A DNA stretch of 32,000 nucleotides, taken from assembly GCF_000012545.1 (NCBI RefSeq), contig NC_007681.1:510001-542000 (forward strand), given 5' to 3'. The notes under the pieces are model-generated. The model was not told the origin of the DNA, made no database searches, and saw nothing but the letters and a program-made list of their open reading frames with translations. Origin of the DNA: Methanosphaera stadtmanae DSM 3091 (lineage in GTDB: Archaea; Methanobacteriota; Methanobacteria; Methanobacteriales; Methanobacteriaceae). This document shows, one piece after another, positions 29,764 to 32,000 of the stretch (its first letter is position 1; the number at the start of each line of letters is the position of its first letter). The position numbers and the translations under genes are program-made.

Positions 29764-29958
29764 ATGAACAACAACGAAACAACAATAAATGAACTAGACA
29801 ACACAGACCAAGAAATAATAAAACAACTAAACCAAGACGGAAGAAAATCCTTCAGACAAATAGCAAAAGAACTAAACAGATTCCTAGAATCACTAACAAA
29901 AGAAGAAAACATCCAAAAAACATACACACAACTAATTCTGAATACAATTAACAACTAA
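29764..29958 (+). CDS. Short HTH protein resembling only the N-terminal HTH of Lrp/AsnC regulators (possibly a truncated remnant)
   Basis: LDNTDQEIIKQLNQDGRKSFRQIAKELN matches the Lrp/AsnC pattern LD..D..IL..L..DGR.S...IA..L. Similarity is lost straight afterwards and no ligand (RAM) domain follows. A GGTGA RBS lies upstream. Confidence 0.4.
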   Translation: MNNNETTINELDNTDQEIIKQLNQDGRKSFRQIAKELNRFLESLTKEENIQKTYTQLILNTINN

Positions 29959-30184
29959 AAAAGAGAAATAAATGAAGTTATTTATTCATAATTTTCTCTT
30001 TCAACCTTTCAAAACATTCATCCCATATAATAAAAACATGACTTCAAATTAACCACATATTTAGCATATAGTATCATAATAAACGACAAAGAGGGGAAAA
30101 ATAGGTGAGAGAAAATGAACAATAAGATAATGATTATTGTATGATGTTATAAAAAATAGTAGTAAAAAGGGAAATGAAAATATA

Positions 30185-30207
30185 ATGTAAAATGCCGAAT
30201 TTTACAT
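30185..30207. terminator. Perfect 9-bp-stem hairpin between convergent genes
   Basis: ATGTAAAAT-GCCGA-ATTTTACAT. It lies between the + strand module ending at 29958 and the minus-strand gene ending at 30261. Confidence 0.3.
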
Positions 30208-30260
30208 CACAACTTGAACAAAATTATAAAAGAAAGAAGATATTTAAATTAATTATTATA

Positions 30261-31049
30261 TTAATTTAAAATGTATGGATTATTTTTAGGATTAAAATAA
30301 TCATTAATATTTATCCTAATCTTTTCTTTATATTCTATATTTAATTCATCACAACAATTTAAAATGGAATTTGAAATTTTATAATTATTATTAATTTTTC
30401 CTAAATTTTCAAGCATTTTTTTATCTTTAGGATTTATTAATTTTAAAATTTCTTTATTCATATTTAATACTGCTCCAGTTCCATTTAATTGAAAATCATA
30501 GTTTTTATTAAGTAACGTATCGTAATGAATAGGAATGAGTTCTTTTGAATTTGAAAAAATTTCATTATATCTTGTTTGGCTATTTTTTTCTATGCGTTCT
30601 ACACTTGATTTTAATTTTTGATATTCTTCATAACAACTTTCTTCATCAAACTGACCATTTATATAAAATAGATTAATAACTGTTTGTAAATTATCTTTAA
30701 TATTATTATTAATTAATTCTGTCTGGTCTATATTTGTGAATGGATGCATTAATTTGACTTCATCGTAAATATCATCTTTAATTAATGTTACATAATTATT
30801 ATTAAATTTATATTTAAATAATTCCCGTTCAATAATCTGTTGTTCTTCATGATTGAGTATAATGTAACGATTATAAAATCTCATAAATAATCTTTCAAAG
30901 TAAATTAAATATCTAACAATCTTTTTATTATAAAAACTTGAGATACAATATCCTATCCATGTTTCTATATTTTTTTCAATAGTTAAACCATCACTAGTTT
31001 TAATATCATTAAATGAGTTATTATCCAGTAATTGTATTAAAAATAACAA
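30261..31049 (-). CDS. Hypothetical, predicted mostly helical protein; no ATG start; the frame is open upstream to 31184
   Basis: The track start at 31049 is a TTG. The same frame stays open for 45 more codons (DIKKGFSRIIDSFKNLTNNEIQFFIDELLFKNNISPVLYPYYNNV) with no start codon in it, up to 5 nt from the stop of the upstream DUF2971-like gene. I recognise no motif. Confidence 0.45.
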   Translation of the reverse strand: MLFLIQLLDNNSFNDIKTSDGLTIEKNIETWIGYCISSFYNKKIVRYLIYFERLFMRFYNRYIILNHEEQQIIERELFKYKFNNNYVTLIKDDIYDEVKLMHPFTNIDQTELINNNIKDNLQTVINLFYINGQFDEESCYEEYQKLKSSVERIEKNSQTRYNEIFSNSKELIPIHYDTLLNKNYDFQLNGTGAVLNMNKEILKLINPKDKKMLENLGKINNNYKISNSILNCCDELNIEYKEKIRININDYFNPKNNPYILN

Positions 31050-31176
31050 TACATTATTGTAATAAGGATATAAAACTGGTGAAATATTATTTTTAAATAA
31101 TAATTCATCTATGAAGAATTGTATCTCATTATTAGTAAGATTTTTAAATGAATCAATAATTCTTGAAAATCCTTTT

Positions 31177-32000
31177 TTAATATCCTATAGATCTCGAATA
31201 ATTAAAATAATTATTAATTAATGATTTACAAGCCTTATTTTTAATAGACTCTACAATAAATAATTCATCTTCCCAATTTTTTTCAGAATATTTTAAAATA
31301 ACATTTTCATAAATTTTAGCATTCCTACTATCTTTTTCCATTTGATAAAGTGAAATTTCTCTTTTTTTACAAATATCAAATATTTTTCGTTTGTTTTCAG
31401 TTGTGATTCTTTTTCCTAAATATATGGCAGAAGGTTTAGGTAATTTAAGAAAATATTTTTCACCAATTTTAATAGCACTTCTTAAAAGAAGTTCCTTATT
31501 AAATAAAATTCGCCACTCTTTTTCATGACTCCACACAGTTTCTTTTCTTAAAAATGGATCAAAAAGGAGTTTAAATGTATTTTCTTCCATATTTGATAAC
31601 TCATCAGTATACTCATAACCATCTTCGTATTTGATAGGAAAACATGAACGTATTATGAAATTTTTAAAATCTTTACTATTATACTTAATACAAATTCCTT
31701 TATTAGAATCAGAATAATAAGACCACATTAATATTATATCATGATTTTCAGAAAAACAAGTTAAATAAACAGTTTTTTTACTATGATTATTAAAATCATC
31801 ATAAATTCCATTCAAAATATCCAAAATCATTTTAGTATTGAATTCATTAAATTCTTCAAAGGGAATATCCTTATTAATTGTAGGTTCGGTTTCATAAATA
31901 TATTCCATTATTTCTAAATAAGGATTATTTGAATTAAGTATTCTTTCTTTTTCTTCAATACTCATTTTTGATCTTTCAAGAAAAGTAGTTATAATGTTAG
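31177..32000 (-). CDS. DUF2971-like protein; probably 5'-partial because the frame stays open to the window edge
   Basis: KTVYLTCFSENHDIILMWSYYSDSNKGICIKYN and WSHEKEWRIL match the conserved DUF2971 blocks as I remember them (CFS....d...MW..Y......G.ci.f and W..E.EWR). The track starts at M 31965, but the codons upstream (NIITTFLERSK) contain no stop before position 32000. The usual N-terminal motifs of the family are not visible downstream of M 31965. Confidence 0.5.
   Translation of the reverse strand, partial: NIITTFLERSKMSIEEKERILNSNNPYLEIMEYIYETEPTINKDIPFEEFNEFNTKMILDILNGIYDDFNNHSKKTVYLTCFSENHDIILMWSYYSDSNKGICIKYNSKDFKNFIIRSCFPIKYEDGYEYTDELSNMEENTFKLLFDPFLRKETVWSHEKEWRILFNKELLLRSAIKIGEKYFLKLPKPSAIYLGKRITTENKRKIFDICKKREISLYQMEKDSRNAKIYENVILKYSEKNWEDELFIVESIKNKACKSLINNYFNYSRSIGY

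Noticed and set aside
29747-30126. Repeated start context: AAAAATAGGTGA..ATGAACAA at 29747..29773 and again at 30096..30126, where it precedes only a 9-codon ORF (MNNKIMIIV*)
   Set aside because: It could be a remnant of a duplicated gene start. However, the shared sequence is just an A-run, a GGTGA RBS and ATGAACAA. By rough estimate this is borderline relative to chance in an AT-rich 32-kb window, and similarity stops immediately afterwards.
30261-31965. Both minus-strand ORFs are listed as exactly 262 aa, suggesting a tandem duplication
   Set aside because: The two protein sequences show no visible similarity. The equal length is a coincidence of where the track placed the start codons: a TTG in one case, and a probably internal Met in the other.

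Overview
Very AT-rich archaeal chromosome segment. Gene content suggests a host-associated Methanobacteriales methanogen (Methanosphaera/Methanobrevibacter-like): 2-phosphoglycerate kinase, a class III signal-peptide pilin next to an A24 prepilin peptidase, a giant Asn/Thr-rich adhesin-like protein and GGTG-type RBSs. This assignment is an inference. Positions 1 to ~22.6 kb look like ordinary core and cell-envelope DNA. They hold nadM (partial), tRNA-Gln, a cbiZ-like gene, a usp gene with a two-domain ABC ATPase, a ~1550-aa adhesin-like gene with near-identical internal tandem repeats, and two GT2 glycosyltransferases. They also hold 2-PGK, two rubredoxin genes missing from the ORF track, a DtxR-family regulator, an acyl-CoA-type ligase, a MOP flippase, divergent cysK/cysE, the pilin plus prepilin peptidase, and pyrG. 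From ~22.7 kb to the window end the region becomes an accessory, partly decayed island. It contains hsdR and hsdS fragments, an adhesin-gene remnant, an EEP nuclease gene interrupted by a 66-nt in-frame insertion, and a membrane-anchored protein. Next comes a 660-bp non-coding block with four TGTAGCACA direct repeats and an 8 x 12-bp phased array. After that are an RHH / tandem-AbrB / mini-HTH gene module and a DUF2971-like gene with a start-less downstream partner. Two candidates look most likely to be undescribed. The first is the iteron-like block plus the small DNA-binding gene module, possibly the replication/maintenance region of an unrecognised integrated element. The second is the DUF2971-like gene pair, possibly a defence-type locus. 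No CRISPR array, rRNA, transposase or integrase was seen. All functional calls come from reading translated motifs by eye; no database or HMM search was possible.
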